Source of the DNA: a virus
Virus record (IMG/VR): IMGVR_UViG_3300025131_000005
DNA length: 64,000 nt
Reading direction: 5' to 3' (one strand)
Shown here: one piece after another, positions 29,101-39,498 of the stretch
Layout: each line of letters begins with the position of its first letter
How positions within the stretch are numbered: position 1 is the first letter of the stretch
Translations under genes and position numbers: made by a program
Notes under the pieces: model-generated
What the model saw: only the letters and a program-made list of their open reading frames with translations
The model's database searches: none
Told to the model about the DNA's origin: nothing

Positions 29101-32100
29101 GTAAGATTAGTTGATAAATTAGATCACGAAGGCGTCTTAAATTGTATACTGAAGATTTTGGATAAGTATCGTGATGAACTCGAAGAAACATTAATAGCAA
29201 TTTTGTCACCGCCTGTTCCCGCTATTCTTATTAGAAAGTTACTTCATCCTGAAGATTTTTTAAATGATATTCTGGGACAAATTCGTCTTTTCGATCCGGA
29301 AGGAACAATTCATCGTATTGAAAATTATACTCCCACTTTCGAAATCCCAGAAGCTCCACGTGGGCATGATGATCCGCTGGCTCAACTTGATCGGGCTCTT
29401 GACCAAGCATTCTTATTAATTGCTAGTACCATAGGTGGTTTAGTAAAAACAGTAATAGATGAATTTTTAAAATTATGTGAGGGAGCGAATATTGTTGCAG
29501 CGATAGAATCACTTACAGAGAAAGATAATATAGAAAATTCTATAAAACCTGGCTTAGGCACACTACCAGAATCGACATTAGATATGTCACCATGGCAACT
29601 TAAAAAATTGAAGATTTTTGACCGAATTGGTTCTGCCCCATCTAGTCTTTCTGGTTTGCAATCTAATCACCCTGGTGAATTAAATATATATGACTTGCTA
29701 AGTGATCCGTCTATCGACGGAGAGATATTCTTCAATATTCTTGAAAAAATGGGCAAATTACCTACTAGTGAATTGATGGGTGAATCACTAAATTTGTTGG
29801 ACGAATTGTCAAGAATTCTGAAACCATCTGAAATTTGTTCTATAATGCTGGGTGAAGCAAATGAAGTAATTTACAAATTAATATTTAAAGTTATACAGGC
29901 TACTGATTTGGATGGAGTATCTCCATCCGGATATGTTTATCCAAATTTGAGAACAGTATTCGATTATACAACTGAAGTTAAGACATTTTTTCTTTTATTA
30001 GGAAGTTATATTGATTTGACATTTTGTTCGAGTGTTGTCTCCAATATCGGAGTTATTATAGGTTCTTGTGAAAGAAATCTGGAAGATGATTGGTATTGTG
30101 AACAATTAAAACAAAAAGGCTATAGCGAAGAGGATTGCAAATCGATTTTAGCTAGTAAACTCAATAGAGATAGAAAACGCTTAGAACATTTGGGAGATTT
30201 GTTAATGGCTTCCGATATGACGGATTTGCTTGGCATACCTCCACTCGTTTCGTCATTTGGGCGGAAAGGTATCATTTCTGAAACCCCTCCTTATGTACAA
30301 GAAATTACTGATAAAGCAACTGATTCTCTATTAGACATGGCTCGCGCCCGATTTGATTTAGAATCTCGGGGATTAAAAGGTATCTTTGTCGACGAAGTTT
30401 TTATTGAAGGAGGCGATACAGATCCAGAACATAAGAGAATGCCAGAAGAGGGACGGGACTATATAGGCGAAAGTTGGGCCGCCATCTACGGTCAAGTTAT
30501 GTGTGGGGACAACTACTGCAACTCAAATGTACCTACATCCCACCCGGATGCTATGAAATATTATAATAATACTTGGGTCAGTAAAGGCTATAAAATCACG
30601 GATTCGTCCACATGGCCCCAGAGAGATATAACTGTAAGAAAAGTTGCTGAATCTTTAAAACTTAATTTATTATTAGATAATTCAAATATTCAAAGATATG
30701 GACCGGTGAATATATATCCGAACCATTTTAATGGTATTGAGGAGAATGAGCATAATACAACTTTGGAAGCTTCAAATGTACCAGCAAAAGAACATTACAC
30801 CATTATCAATTATCATAAAATGTTGGAAAGTCCGTTTGTCCGGTATAAAACAGTTCCCGCTATTGGCTATCATTCTATTTCTTGGGAGGAGCATGAGGCG
30901 TGGTATACATCACAAGATATCACGTGGTATACAGATAACACCCCGGCTGGATTCAATGTTATCTCATCCACCGACCCATACGCATTTATGTCGATGGAGG
31001 CGTTCATGACAGAGACAACAGCAATAATGGATTTTATTGGTTATGATTATGATAATTCTACTACTTTTAATGAGTCTTTTTTGAGATATGGTTATGAAGT
31101 GGTGGTACCGGTAATTTCTTCTGCGTCATTAGCTCCTCTTCAACAATTTAAGTCTAAATTTCCGAAGTCTACTGCTAAATTAATTGAGTTTGCATATCCG
31201 AAGTATATTCAAATCAAGGCACAGGATTTTATTACTAAAATTCCAGATCTTCCTATTCCTTTTGAAATTGCTACTAGCATAAGCAACTACCCAATTGATA
31301 TTATGGAATTGCGTATATATGATCGTTCGTCTGAATTTACTAATTTGAACACACAATTAGCGCAAAGCAGCGATGATACGGGAGATTATCCTACTTTTTC
31401 GATACCATTAGAAAATATCACAGGCGATCAAAATACAGTTAATCTCACTGAAGCCGCCGACCAACTTAGAGATGAAATATTGGGTAGCGATGAAGGGGTA
31501 CTGGATATAACAGATATCGACACAGCAAAAATTCTCAGTTATCAGCAATGGTTGTTTTCTGCTTTGTTTACCGATTCTTTCGGATCCCTTATTCATGAAT
31601 TTGATGATATTGGCGATTCGACCATAAATCGCAGAAGAAAATTTATGAAATCATGTATGAAAATATACGATTTAGCATTTACAAACGGAGTTACCAATAT
31701 TTTAACTCAAGTGTCCACTTCGCCTATGTTCAATATTGATGTATTCGATAGATTGATTTTGTCTGGTAAAGCATCTTTGAGAGAGCTGGAGGATATTATA
31801 TGCAATGAATTTAGTACTAGCGCATCGACTCCTCCTACTTTAAGTGATTTACTAAACACTGATTCTCTTAAAGATTTAGCGCGCCTCATGACACGGGATC
31901 AAGAGTGTGTCGAAGGCGCATTTGAAAAGGCTTTAGAGAGAATTGCAGTACTGGCATATATCCGTGTGGTTTTATTAGAAAACATTCTCAGAGGACTATT
32001 AATTTTTACTGCGGTACGACCTGTAGATTTATTAAAAGATAATTTAATATTTTTAAAATATATGGTTTATTCCATTAAAAGCAGTACGATGAGACACTCA

Positions 32101-35100
32101 GATATCTATTTTGAGAAGATTCTTAATATATGTTTAGACATGGTGCTCTTCGATATAGGGTGTTCGTTTGGGAGTACACCGATTACCGTATTAGATAAAA
32201 CTATAGTATTTGAAGATATTAACGATATCTATGATTATGAAACAGATATTAAAGTTAACAAGAAATATAATTTACAGTGGGTGTTGGAAGACCCTGTTGG
32301 TAAAAATTACCTTCCAGAATTAAAGGAAACTTGTCTTATATACATTATACAACAACAAATTGAAGAAATCGATGGTCCTGTATCAGAGATTTTAAAAATT
32401 TCAGGAATTGATTATGAAAAGCTCGAACTTAAAAATGCAATATTGAGCATGCAGCGAGAAACTAATGGAAAATTATTAGAAGATTATTGGTATTCTGACT
32501 TACCTTTGAATCTGATTGATTATGATTTTTATAAACCGAATAATCTTGTTTATGAAGAAGTCAAGTATAATGTCGATGTCCCCACCTATATAGAGGAGCT
32601 TTTTGGCGTTCCTTGGGAAGAAGACGGTGAATCTGGGTTTTCAGGTCCATATGTTATGAACCCAGCTACGGAAGAAAATACATATTTTCCCGCTAAACTC
32701 TATCATACTTTTCCTCTTCTCCATGAAGTTAATGAAGAAATAGACGAACAAGATCAACTAGGCTCTACTGTTGATATTAATATAGATGCTTTAGATTCCT
32801 TATTTGATCGTTATGAAGAATTAAATATTAATTGGGAAGAGGATTTAATAATTGGTGATAATAAAATTAATGCTGGCGCATTTCGAAGTTCTATACGAAA
32901 ACAAAATCGATCAAATTTTTATAAAGAACCCCCCGCTACTAGTGTTCAAGGGAACCAAGACACACAGACAGAAACGGGCGTCCAGTACAGTTATATAACG
33001 TGGGCACAGTTAGCTACTTTTCTTGACCCCATTATCCAGACTGCAGCTGCAGAGGGTATAATAGAACCGCTGGAAGAGAATGATTGGGGTCCAGGAGGAG
33101 TTGGAGGTATGATATCGCTAACCAAATGGAGGGATCATCATTTCGGTGATTGGGGGACATTTGTGGCAGCATTCGGTTTAGCTTCTCTTGGTGCGGCTCC
33201 CTATGATTTTCCTCCACCCGACGAAACCCTCCCTGGAATAAAAATACCCACAGCGATTTGGGAGCAGAACAGTGGGGTATTATTTGCTAAAAATATAGGG
33301 GATCCGGATCCATCATTCGCTGACGGTGATGATTTTATTGAACAATTATTGGGATATAATAAAGCATTCTCTAATAAATTAACTCCTTTGGGAGCCGCCA
33401 CAAAAAATGGTGGATTTGTTATTCAGCGATATTTGAAGCTTAAATTAAATAAAAACAAAGAAACATTTCTATTTCATTTTACTGATGAAACTGGAGATGA
33501 ATCATGGCTTAATTGGAAATTGGCTTTTAATTTCGGCTTCGATGGCGGCACCCAGTATAATATTAATCCCGCTAAATCAGTGCTATCATTAGAAGGGCTC
33601 GCGGATCCAAATGCTGAAGGAGGTGCACTTTTTTTATCACCCCAATCTCAAGAAATTTTCAATAGCGGAGCTACACAAATAGTATCAGATTATTATGAAG
33701 TATGGTACAGCCAAGGCCATTCATATTTTAGTACCAAAGCACTTGATTATGCTATGCTTAATAGTGTTTTGTTTTCAATGATCCACCTTTCAGGGGAGAA
33801 TATCACCGATTCTACTTTAGGAACAGCATACGGTGATTTTATTACGGCTCCATGTATTACTGGAATCATCAATCCTCCGGATGAAGCGAACAGCGGCGGC
33901 GGCCCAGGTGGCGATGAAAGTGAGACAGAGTGGTGCGCGGAGTGGAGCGCCGACCCTACTTATGGTTTTTTTGATCATGTTAAAGCTGGTACATACGCTA
34001 ATCGTCCTTTGTCAGATTGGTTTGAGGATATTACTATTGGGCAAAGATTGGTATATGTTTTTCCCCATGATTTAGATGTTACGAAATCTCCTCTTGATCA
34101 ACTTCCTCCTGAAATTGCGGTGTTGGTCGAATCTGAAGGACTTTTTAATATTTTAGAGACAGAAGATACTTTGGTTCATGAACAAGAAGCAGTCCTTGAA
34201 AGTTGGCAAATTGTATCTGATGCGCAAGGCAATGGGGCAGATATTTTAAACACGACCTACGAGATGGGTCCGAATCATCCCGGCTCATTTGCTAAAATTT
34301 TAAGAAAGAATTTAACAGCTGAAGCTGAAGGTATCTATAGTGGCGACTCGGAAAATCCTTACAAATTTGGTACCGCAGGGGAATCTCTAAAAGAAGAAAT
34401 GTTTTCCTCGCGCTATTTGCGTCAGCAAGAGATGGTTATAGAGCCCAATACAAGTAATATTGGACTAAAAAGGATTTATTCTTTACCAATAAAAGGATGC
34501 TTTGCAGAATATAGTGCCAAAGAGCTTCTCGACACAACTTATGGTCAGTTTGTTAAATATTACGCGGAAAAACAAGGAGAAATTGAAAAAATCCAAATCG
34601 AGGCAGGTGCTACCCCCGAAAAGCCCTACTCCTTTTGGACAGGTTTGCAAGATAAAGTTGCTTTAGAAAAGCTCTGTAAAGATTATGTTACACAAGATGT
34701 GTTAGAAGTACTTCTTGAAGAACCGCCTCCGGGGACATACGGAACCCAGGAACAGCAGGACCTTTATAAAGATTGTTTAGGTAAAATAGCAATGATCAAA
34801 ATGAAACAAATCCCAGGATTTGTTGATAATTTTTGCAAAATAACAGAAATGATTATGCCAAGTTCGTTAGGAGCCGACACTAAACTAGGAACTCTTGATG
34901 AGTATTTGACAGAACAACTTTTTAATACCGAAAAAGGAAAGCTATTAAGTAAATATATTCTTTCTGAAGATGTAATTAAAAATCTGGCCTTATTACACAC
35001 CATTTTCTTTCCCGTTGAACCTGCTGTTGGGATGAATAATTTATTTGTTTCCACTAAAGAGCTTTTATATAATTTAGGAGATTCAGCTGGTCAATATATA

Positions 35101-35556
35101 GATGACTATTCTTATAACGGAACATCAGATTTTCAACAAAAGGGAGGCAATATTGGTATCAATAAATCAGCTTTGGATAGAATATCAACTTCGAAAGCAG
35201 ATAATGCAATTGTGTCCTTTTTTCAAAATTTGACACCAAAATTAATTTTAAAAGGATTCGTGCAGACGACAGATCCGGCATGGAAACGAGCCTTTCAGAT
35301 TCAGGGTCTAACGGGAGTAAGTGATAAATATTTACCGGGAATTATGGCGGCTATTCGCCCCATTCCTCTTATACCACCTCCATTTGGCGATCCGTCTGCC
35401 CCTATTACACCTTTTGGGATGGTTTATTTAGGACTGAGTGCACTGGAGCCTCTTAGCGAAAATCACAATGCCAACAACCCCATCATTCCAGATACTGGTA
35501 TCGATGTGACTGTGTGCGAATCCGACGATCCACAAGATTCGGCAGACGAAAGTTAA
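26161..35556 (+). CDS. Giant (3131 aa) putative virion structural protein
   Basis: Uninterrupted 9.4-kb ORF between hub genes and gp25; acidic; SH3b-like segment IIGRLPNGAQVQVVREG. Confidence 0.6.
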   Translation: MADIIGLTDEGLLTSDAFDFWDQPKAAALFQKISGPPPDGAGAHAYNPETSQLLISDSADFNEISTLTIPLDEEGKVNVYLGIVEGNHTVEESLYDNDAFKNPATHSPAFKNNGFLTLYYLVRTTVDMGVPFNTENVLKSVLGDKYEQFTTTSITDASSATLSFEIDISTISVNFEPIDEPDIPAPRTISHLDFVAFISKYPHVYTLGQDRINALQLLTENDGPPNSTTLITVESDEFKPSEVSRWQPIQKSQATHYVYFGTPGTPDVDDKYATMRTGYIKTTNNNSSITKKQDIFEASTGNYAIFKGAPIIGRLPNGAQVQVVREGFGKGALFSQFKLKYYPKNHEHTFIKSGYPKFIDSRTLMPFGNVSEKTNEEFDFLTIPKIEVPEPDPNFIEPDWTQKDDCEPWLNEKTNEYCIMYEHRGKNLPGTSDKEMIRRKGVIRLLSYYDKKRSPGFVDKLLELNNGLFARIVEESSSSRKDKTYKFLIGIPRTYFEHPFLDVNPYRIDNPSLEKLSTEHKKIDYWWVIKTNKIEKWIDDTIRVVSRDFKKRLSKANSQLDPKFIVNMEVENLKKFLPALKEFMFLNDATLQTDRADGLIFGFDFRHRLKMVLYQQTNYEPPNKKLVVMSKKKSKSGRQKTQEGPSRYLGISLPCFRNPNKNPGCSPRTLAYLRFGQDMQSAVESDKYPGLELVLKYTIGPEISLFPSAPKKQEEGLSSEEISDKVQTIFDNKPKSGDKTIKTEKELKEETKKLINPAKRAKTYNSRKDVRINNFDTALSEMEKIFDGAVDSKGYYKRILNIIDIKNLISVAYTCLGKVLPVNDLKALIRKNVLKTIGYENLKAFVEILAEKKYLEEVCPNLIPFGVDPNTTTAASANFGEEGTPPPGLTDTKVSEDDEEAAAPKGLMEVVNDAIKSIEDDYLCYSNGEIKSALGPDFSKSIESLDNIPADLKNANIYAAAKQDADFRTKQQEKLLQELNVRLVDKLDHEGVLNCILKILDKYRDELEETLIAILSPPVPAILIRKLLHPEDFLNDILGQIRLFDPEGTIHRIENYTPTFEIPEAPRGHDDPLAQLDRALDQAFLLIASTIGGLVKTVIDEFLKLCEGANIVAAIESLTEKDNIENSIKPGLGTLPESTLDMSPWQLKKLKIFDRIGSAPSSLSGLQSNHPGELNIYDLLSDPSIDGEIFFNILEKMGKLPTSELMGESLNLLDELSRILKPSEICSIMLGEANEVIYKLIFKVIQATDLDGVSPSGYVYPNLRTVFDYTTEVKTFFLLLGSYIDLTFCSSVVSNIGVIIGSCERNLEDDWYCEQLKQKGYSEEDCKSILASKLNRDRKRLEHLGDLLMASDMTDLLGIPPLVSSFGRKGIISETPPYVQEITDKATDSLLDMARARFDLESRGLKGIFVDEVFIEGGDTDPEHKRMPEEGRDYIGESWAAIYGQVMCGDNYCNSNVPTSHPDAMKYYNNTWVSKGYKITDSSTWPQRDITVRKVAESLKLNLLLDNSNIQRYGPVNIYPNHFNGIEENEHNTTLEASNVPAKEHYTIINYHKMLESPFVRYKTVPAIGYHSISWEEHEAWYTSQDITWYTDNTPAGFNVISSTDPYAFMSMEAFMTETTAIMDFIGYDYDNSTTFNESFLRYGYEVVVPVISSASLAPLQQFKSKFPKSTAKLIEFAYPKYIQIKAQDFITKIPDLPIPFEIATSISNYPIDIMELRIYDRSSEFTNLNTQLAQSSDDTGDYPTFSIPLENITGDQNTVNLTEAADQLRDEILGSDEGVLDITDIDTAKILSYQQWLFSALFTDSFGSLIHEFDDIGDSTINRRRKFMKSCMKIYDLAFTNGVTNILTQVSTSPMFNIDVFDRLILSGKASLRELEDIICNEFSTSASTPPTLSDLLNTDSLKDLARLMTRDQECVEGAFEKALERIAVLAYIRVVLLENILRGLLIFTAVRPVDLLKDNLIFLKYMVYSIKSSTMRHSDIYFEKILNICLDMVLFDIGCSFGSTPITVLDKTIVFEDINDIYDYETDIKVNKKYNLQWVLEDPVGKNYLPELKETCLIYIIQQQIEEIDGPVSEILKISGIDYEKLELKNAILSMQRETNGKLLEDYWYSDLPLNLIDYDFYKPNNLVYEEVKYNVDVPTYIEELFGVPWEEDGESGFSGPYVMNPATEENTYFPAKLYHTFPLLHEVNEEIDEQDQLGSTVDINIDALDSLFDRYEELNINWEEDLIIGDNKINAGAFRSSIRKQNRSNFYKEPPATSVQGNQDTQTETGVQYSYITWAQLATFLDPIIQTAAAEGIIEPLEENDWGPGGVGGMISLTKWRDHHFGDWGTFVAAFGLASLGAAPYDFPPPDETLPGIKIPTAIWEQNSGVLFAKNIGDPDPSFADGDDFIEQLLGYNKAFSNKLTPLGAATKNGGFVIQRYLKLKLNKNKETFLFHFTDETGDESWLNWKLAFNFGFDGGTQYNINPAKSVLSLEGLADPNAEGGALFLSPQSQEIFNSGATQIVSDYYEVWYSQGHSYFSTKALDYAMLNSVLFSMIHLSGENITDSTLGTAYGDFITAPCITGIINPPDEANSGGGPGGDESETEWCAEWSADPTYGFFDHVKAGTYANRPLSDWFEDITIGQRLVYVFPHDLDVTKSPLDQLPPEIAVLVESEGLFNILETEDTLVHEQEAVLESWQIVSDAQGNGADILNTTYEMGPNHPGSFAKILRKNLTAEAEGIYSGDSENPYKFGTAGESLKEEMFSSRYLRQQEMVIEPNTSNIGLKRIYSLPIKGCFAEYSAKELLDTTYGQFVKYYAEKQGEIEKIQIEAGATPEKPYSFWTGLQDKVALEKLCKDYVTQDVLEVLLEEPPPGTYGTQEQQDLYKDCLGKIAMIKMKQIPGFVDNFCKITEMIMPSSLGADTKLGTLDEYLTEQLFNTEKGKLLSKYILSEDVIKNLALLHTIFFPVEPAVGMNNLFVSTKELLYNLGDSAGQYIDDYSYNGTSDFQQKGGNIGINKSALDRISTSKADNAIVSFFQNLTPKLILKGFVQTTDPAWKRAFQIQGLTGVSDKYLPGIMAAIRPIPLIPPPFGDPSAPITPFGMVYLGLSALEPLSENHNANNPIIPDTGIDVTVCESDDPQDSADES

Positions 35557-35612
35557 TTATAAAAGCGTAATGGTTAAATTTAAAGGTTAAAATTTATTTA
35601 GAATAAGTAATT

Positions 35613-35620
35613 ACTATTTA
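35613..35620 (+). promoter_or_regulatory. Candidate late-promoter motif ACTATTTA
   Basis: Intergenic, upstream of the gp25-like gene; ACTAWTTA recurs at 36008, 57293, 57311, 62070 and 63003. Confidence 0.45.
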
Positions 35621-35631
35621 GGAGATTAGAA

Positions 35632-36012
35632 ATGTATGGGATTGGTGCTAAATTACCACTATCAGTTGATAATGTTGATGGACATTTCGTTTTAATAAAA
35701 ACATTAGTCGACGAAATAAAACAAAATCTATTTCATCTTATAATGACAAGTCCTGGCGAAAGAATAATGGATATTGATTTTGGTGTTGGTATAAGAAATT
35801 TTCTGTTTGAGCAGATGGTATCCCAAACAGAAGGAAGAATTGAATCCCGAATTTTAAGCCAAGTGGGGAAGTATATACCATTTATTGTGATAAATGATAT
35901 ACGTTTTGATTCAAATGACTATGAAAACTTATTAGGTATTGCAATTGTTTATCGAATTCCCAATCTTGGAAAGAGTGATACATTGAGATTGGATTTCGCT
36001 GAAAATAACTAA
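35632..36012 (+). CDS. gp25/GPW-like baseplate wedge subunit
   Basis: IKQNLFHLIMTSPGERIMDIDFGVGIRNFLFE signature; GGAG RBS. Confidence 0.9.
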   Translation: MYGIGAKLPLSVDNVDGHFVLIKTLVDEIKQNLFHLIMTSPGERIMDIDFGVGIRNFLFEQMVSQTEGRIESRILSQVGKYIPFIVINDIRFDSNDYENLLGIAIVYRIPNLGKSDTLRLDFAENN

Positions 36013-36015
36013 TTA
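36008..36015 (+). promoter_or_regulatory. Candidate late-promoter motif ACTAATTA
   Basis: Overlaps the gp25 stop codon, 27 nt upstream of the gp6-like start. Confidence 0.35.
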
Positions 36016-36034
36016 ATATTGTTGAGGTATTAAC

Positions 36035-37840
36035 ATGGCAGTCAAAAAAACCGAAGAACTAGCAATCGACTATACTGCAAGAGACTTTACGTCGATTAGA
36101 AACGAATTAACAAGCTATGTCAAAAGATATTACGCAGATTCGTATAAAGATTTTAATGAAGCTTCCTTTGGTTCAATGATGCTCGATCTTGTTTCTTATG
36201 TGGGAGATATGTTATCTTTTTATCTTGATTACCAAGCAAATGAATCTTTTCTTCGAACGGCTTTAGAATTTGATAATATCGTCAAGATTGCCAAGCAGAT
36301 GGGATATAATTACAATGGTGTTCCTACATCTCATGGAGAAGTATCCTTTTTTATATTGGTACCAGCTAATTCTGTGGGCAGCGGTCCCGATACTAGATAT
36401 TGCCCAGTTTTAAAAAGAGGATCGATAGTAGGTGCACCGGGGGGCTCAGTTTTTACCTTGGCACAAGATGTCAATTTTGCATCTAGTACAAATATTGTTG
36501 TCGGTACAGTTGATAATAGTACAGGAATTCCATTAACTTATGCTATCAAACAAACTGGTAGAGTTATTTCTGGTGAATTAGATGCGTATGAAACAACAAT
36601 TGGAATTTACGAGAAGTTTTTGAGGGTGGAAGTACCGGGTGGGCGTATAATATCAGAAATTATTTCTGTCCATGATTCGAATGGTAACCAATATTTTGAA
36701 GTAGATTATTTGTCACAAGATGTTATCTATAAAGAGATAAGAAATCCAAATACGACATCTTCGGATTTAGCACCCTCAATATTTAAACCCGCTGCGGTAC
36801 CTCGTCGATTTGTGGTCGATAGAACCCCTAATCAACTATTTTTACAATTTGGTCATGGCAGCGAATCAGAAATAAAAACAGATCCAATAGCTGAACCAAG
36901 TAAAACTATTTTAAATTTACATGGTAGAGATTTTACCACTGATTTAACTTTTGATCCCTCTAATCTTATTAGTAGTGATAAATTGGGAGTTTCTCCTGCT
37001 AACACAACCCTGACAGTTATTTATCGAAAGAGCACGGCCCAGACGTTGAATGCACCTGTTGGGACTATAACCCAAATTATCGATCCAAGAATAGAGTTTC
37101 AAAATCGTTTTAATCTAAATACATCGCTAATTTCTAGTACTGAAAGTAGTTTGGAATGTTTGAATGAAGATTCTTTGGTAGGAGATAATGTTAATATAAC
37201 TTCGGAAGAAGTTAAACAACGAGCTTACGGTGCATTTCATAATCAAAATAGAGCTGTTACTAAGCAAGATTACAAGACGTTGATTTATTCAATGCCGGAA
37301 AGATTTGGCAGTATATCACGATGCTCAATAGTGAGAGATAATGATTCTTTTAAGAGAAATTTAAATTTATTTATTTTATCTAAAGATAAGAATGGTGATT
37401 TCACTACATCTAATCAGACTATTAAACAAAATTTAAAATTCTGGTTAAATAAATATAGAATGATAAATGATTCTATTGATATATTAAATGGACGAATTAT
37501 TAATTTTGGGGTAGAGTTTGAAGTTTTAAGTGAAAATAACGTTAATAATTATACTGTCTTACAGCGATGTTATTCTGCATTACAAGATTTATTCTCCACC
37601 AAAGCAAGTATGGGTGAACACTTAGTCATAACCACAATATATAAAAAGCTTAATGCAGTGGTTGGTGTAGCAGATACTACCGATGTTAAGATAGTGCGTA
37701 AATTGGGAACAAATTATTCTAGTTCTGCATATGATATCGCGAGCAATATTTCGGCAGATAAAAGGTATCTAAAATTACCCATTGACGCAGTGTATGAATT
37801 TAAATTTCCAAATTCAGATTTCAAGGGCGTTGTTTTATAA
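36035..37840 (+). CDS. gp6/baseplate J-like wedge protein
   Basis: IDYTARDFTSIR, DFNEASFG.M.LDL..YVGD.LSFY.D, AKQMGY, QNRAVTKQDY. Confidence 0.88.
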   Translation: MAVKKTEELAIDYTARDFTSIRNELTSYVKRYYADSYKDFNEASFGSMMLDLVSYVGDMLSFYLDYQANESFLRTALEFDNIVKIAKQMGYNYNGVPTSHGEVSFFILVPANSVGSGPDTRYCPVLKRGSIVGAPGGSVFTLAQDVNFASSTNIVVGTVDNSTGIPLTYAIKQTGRVISGELDAYETTIGIYEKFLRVEVPGGRIISEIISVHDSNGNQYFEVDYLSQDVIYKEIRNPNTTSSDLAPSIFKPAAVPRRFVVDRTPNQLFLQFGHGSESEIKTDPIAEPSKTILNLHGRDFTTDLTFDPSNLISSDKLGVSPANTTLTVIYRKSTAQTLNAPVGTITQIIDPRIEFQNRFNLNTSLISSTESSLECLNEDSLVGDNVNITSEEVKQRAYGAFHNQNRAVTKQDYKTLIYSMPERFGSISRCSIVRDNDSFKRNLNLFILSKDKNGDFTTSNQTIKQNLKFWLNKYRMINDSIDILNGRIINFGVEFEVLSENNVNNYTVLQRCYSALQDLFSTKASMGEHLVITTIYKKLNAVVGVADTTDVKIVRKLGTNYSSSAYDIASNISADKRYLKLPIDAVYEFKFPNSDFKGVVL

Positions 37841-39498
37841 TGGCAATAAAAAAATATATAGCAACTAAAGATACCACCATAACAAATGCTTTTGATCCAA
37901 ATCTCCGGACTAGGGCGACTGGAGCCAACATGGGAGCTTCTGATGTGATGGAGGTTTTTTCCATATATGGGCAGATGATTTCTTCTGGTTCCACTATCGG
38001 TTTTTCTAAGACACAAGAATTATCTAGGATTTTGGTTCAATTTGATAGTGCCCAAATGAGAACTGATAGAACCACCGTGCTTCCGGAATCCGGCAGTGTA
38101 AAATTTTATTTACGTCTTTTTAATGCCAAACATGGTCAAACAACTCCTGAAGATCCCAAATATGTTGTTACTCCGCTAAGCCGCACTTGGGAAGAAGGCT
38201 ATGGGATGGATATAGATGATTACACGGATTTAACTAAGGATGGCGTGGGCGCAAATTGGATAAAAAGTGCGGGGACTACTAGTTGGACAAATATTGGCGG
38301 TGATTATTTAAATGCATATGAAAAGACTCAGACCTTAACGAAAGCTAATCAAGATATTGAATTAGATATCACCGATATTGTTGAAAAATGGATTACTGGC
38401 TCAAGCGGCGGCGGCTTTTCAAATTATGGACTTGGGATCCATTTAACATCAAGTCAAGAAGCGTTTTTTTCCAGTTCTCTTGGTGTTGATTTAAGTTCTT
38501 CGATTCAAAATCCAGATGGAGCTAAAAGATCTTACTATACTAAGAAATTCTTTGCACGTAAAACACAATTTTTCTTTAAACGTCCTGTAGTCGAAGCAAG
38601 GTGGGATTCTTCTCTTAAAGATGACCGGGCAAAGACTTTTTATAGTAGTAGCCTTCTTCCAGCGACGGATAATCTTAATAAATTCTTCGTGTATAATTAT
38701 GTCAATGGGCAACTTAAAACTTTTGGTGATCCATGGGGATATAAACAAGGTGCTATGGTACCGCCTGTTTTTGTTCAATTATTTTCCGGCTCTACTGATA
38801 ATACGAAACCGTCTGGTTCTGCATTAAACGTTGTTACGAGTGTTTCAAATGTTTCTGAGGATACCCCAACTGTAATTAGTGGTGGTTTTGTATTAGCTAA
38901 TAAACAATCATTGCCTGATACTATGGGTATATATTCGGCGTCATTCGCCATTACGGCGTCTTCTCCGGCACTTACACGAATATTTGATGTCTGGTACCTA
39001 AATGAGTCCGGAGTACCAGGAACAGTCATTTACACGGGTTCTTTCGCTCCATCAACTTATGGGTTATCTAGTGTTTCCACACAGCCTGAATATGTCTTTA
39101 ATATAACTAATCTTAAAGATTCATATTTGAACAATGAAAAAGCACGCTTTGAACTTTTTGCAAGACGAAAGGATTGGAATCCATCAATCTACACTGTAGC
39201 TAATGCAGATCCACAGAATTTTATTTTGGAAGATATTTATTATAGAGTTACGAGAATAATTGATGGTACACTGGCAATATCCTTTGGTACTGGAAGCTCC
39301 ACTCCGCAGAGTAATGGTTCTGCTGGTTCATATACAAGATTATCTTATGACGCCTCTGGCTCTTATTTCGATTTAGATATGTCACTTCTTGAGCCTGGAT
39401 ATGGCTATAAGCTAGAATTTGTTTATTTTAATAACAATAACTATGCAAATGTAAGAGACGAGTTTAAATTTAGAGTCGAGGAAGATTTAGATGGCTAA
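37840..39498 (+). CDS. Baseplate-associated structural protein (beta-sandwich, DNRLRE/CBM-like N-terminus)
   Basis: KDTTI...SRILVQFD...LDITDIVEKW...NYGLGI...P.VEARWD pattern; position in the wedge operon. Confidence 0.5.
   Translation: MAIKKYIATKDTTITNAFDPNLRTRATGANMGASDVMEVFSIYGQMISSGSTIGFSKTQELSRILVQFDSAQMRTDRTTVLPESGSVKFYLRLFNAKHGQTTPEDPKYVVTPLSRTWEEGYGMDIDDYTDLTKDGVGANWIKSAGTTSWTNIGGDYLNAYEKTQTLTKANQDIELDITDIVEKWITGSSGGGFSNYGLGIHLTSSQEAFFSSSLGVDLSSSIQNPDGAKRSYYTKKFFARKTQFFFKRPVVEARWDSSLKDDRAKTFYSSSLLPATDNLNKFFVYNYVNGQLKTFGDPWGYKQGAMVPPVFVQLFSGSTDNTKPSGSALNVVTSVSNVSEDTPTVISGGFVLANKQSLPDTMGIYSASFAITASSPALTRIFDVWYLNESGVPGTVIYTGSFAPSTYGLSSVSTQPEYVFNITNLKDSYLNNEKARFELFARRKDWNPSIYTVANADPQNFILEDIYYRVTRIIDGTLAISFGTGSSTPQSNGSAGSYTRLSYDASGSYFDLDMSLLEPGYGYKLEFVYFNNNNYANVRDEFKFRVEEDLDG

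Noticed and set aside
26161-35556. Tape-measure call for the 3131-aa ORF
   Set aside because: No visible Trp/Phe periodic repeats or extended Ala/Gly-rich helical composition.
35572-35596. GGTTAAATTTA / GGTTAAAATTTA tandem in the intergenic gap
   Set aside because: Only two imperfect AT-rich copies, not seen elsewhere; not enough for an operator or origin call.
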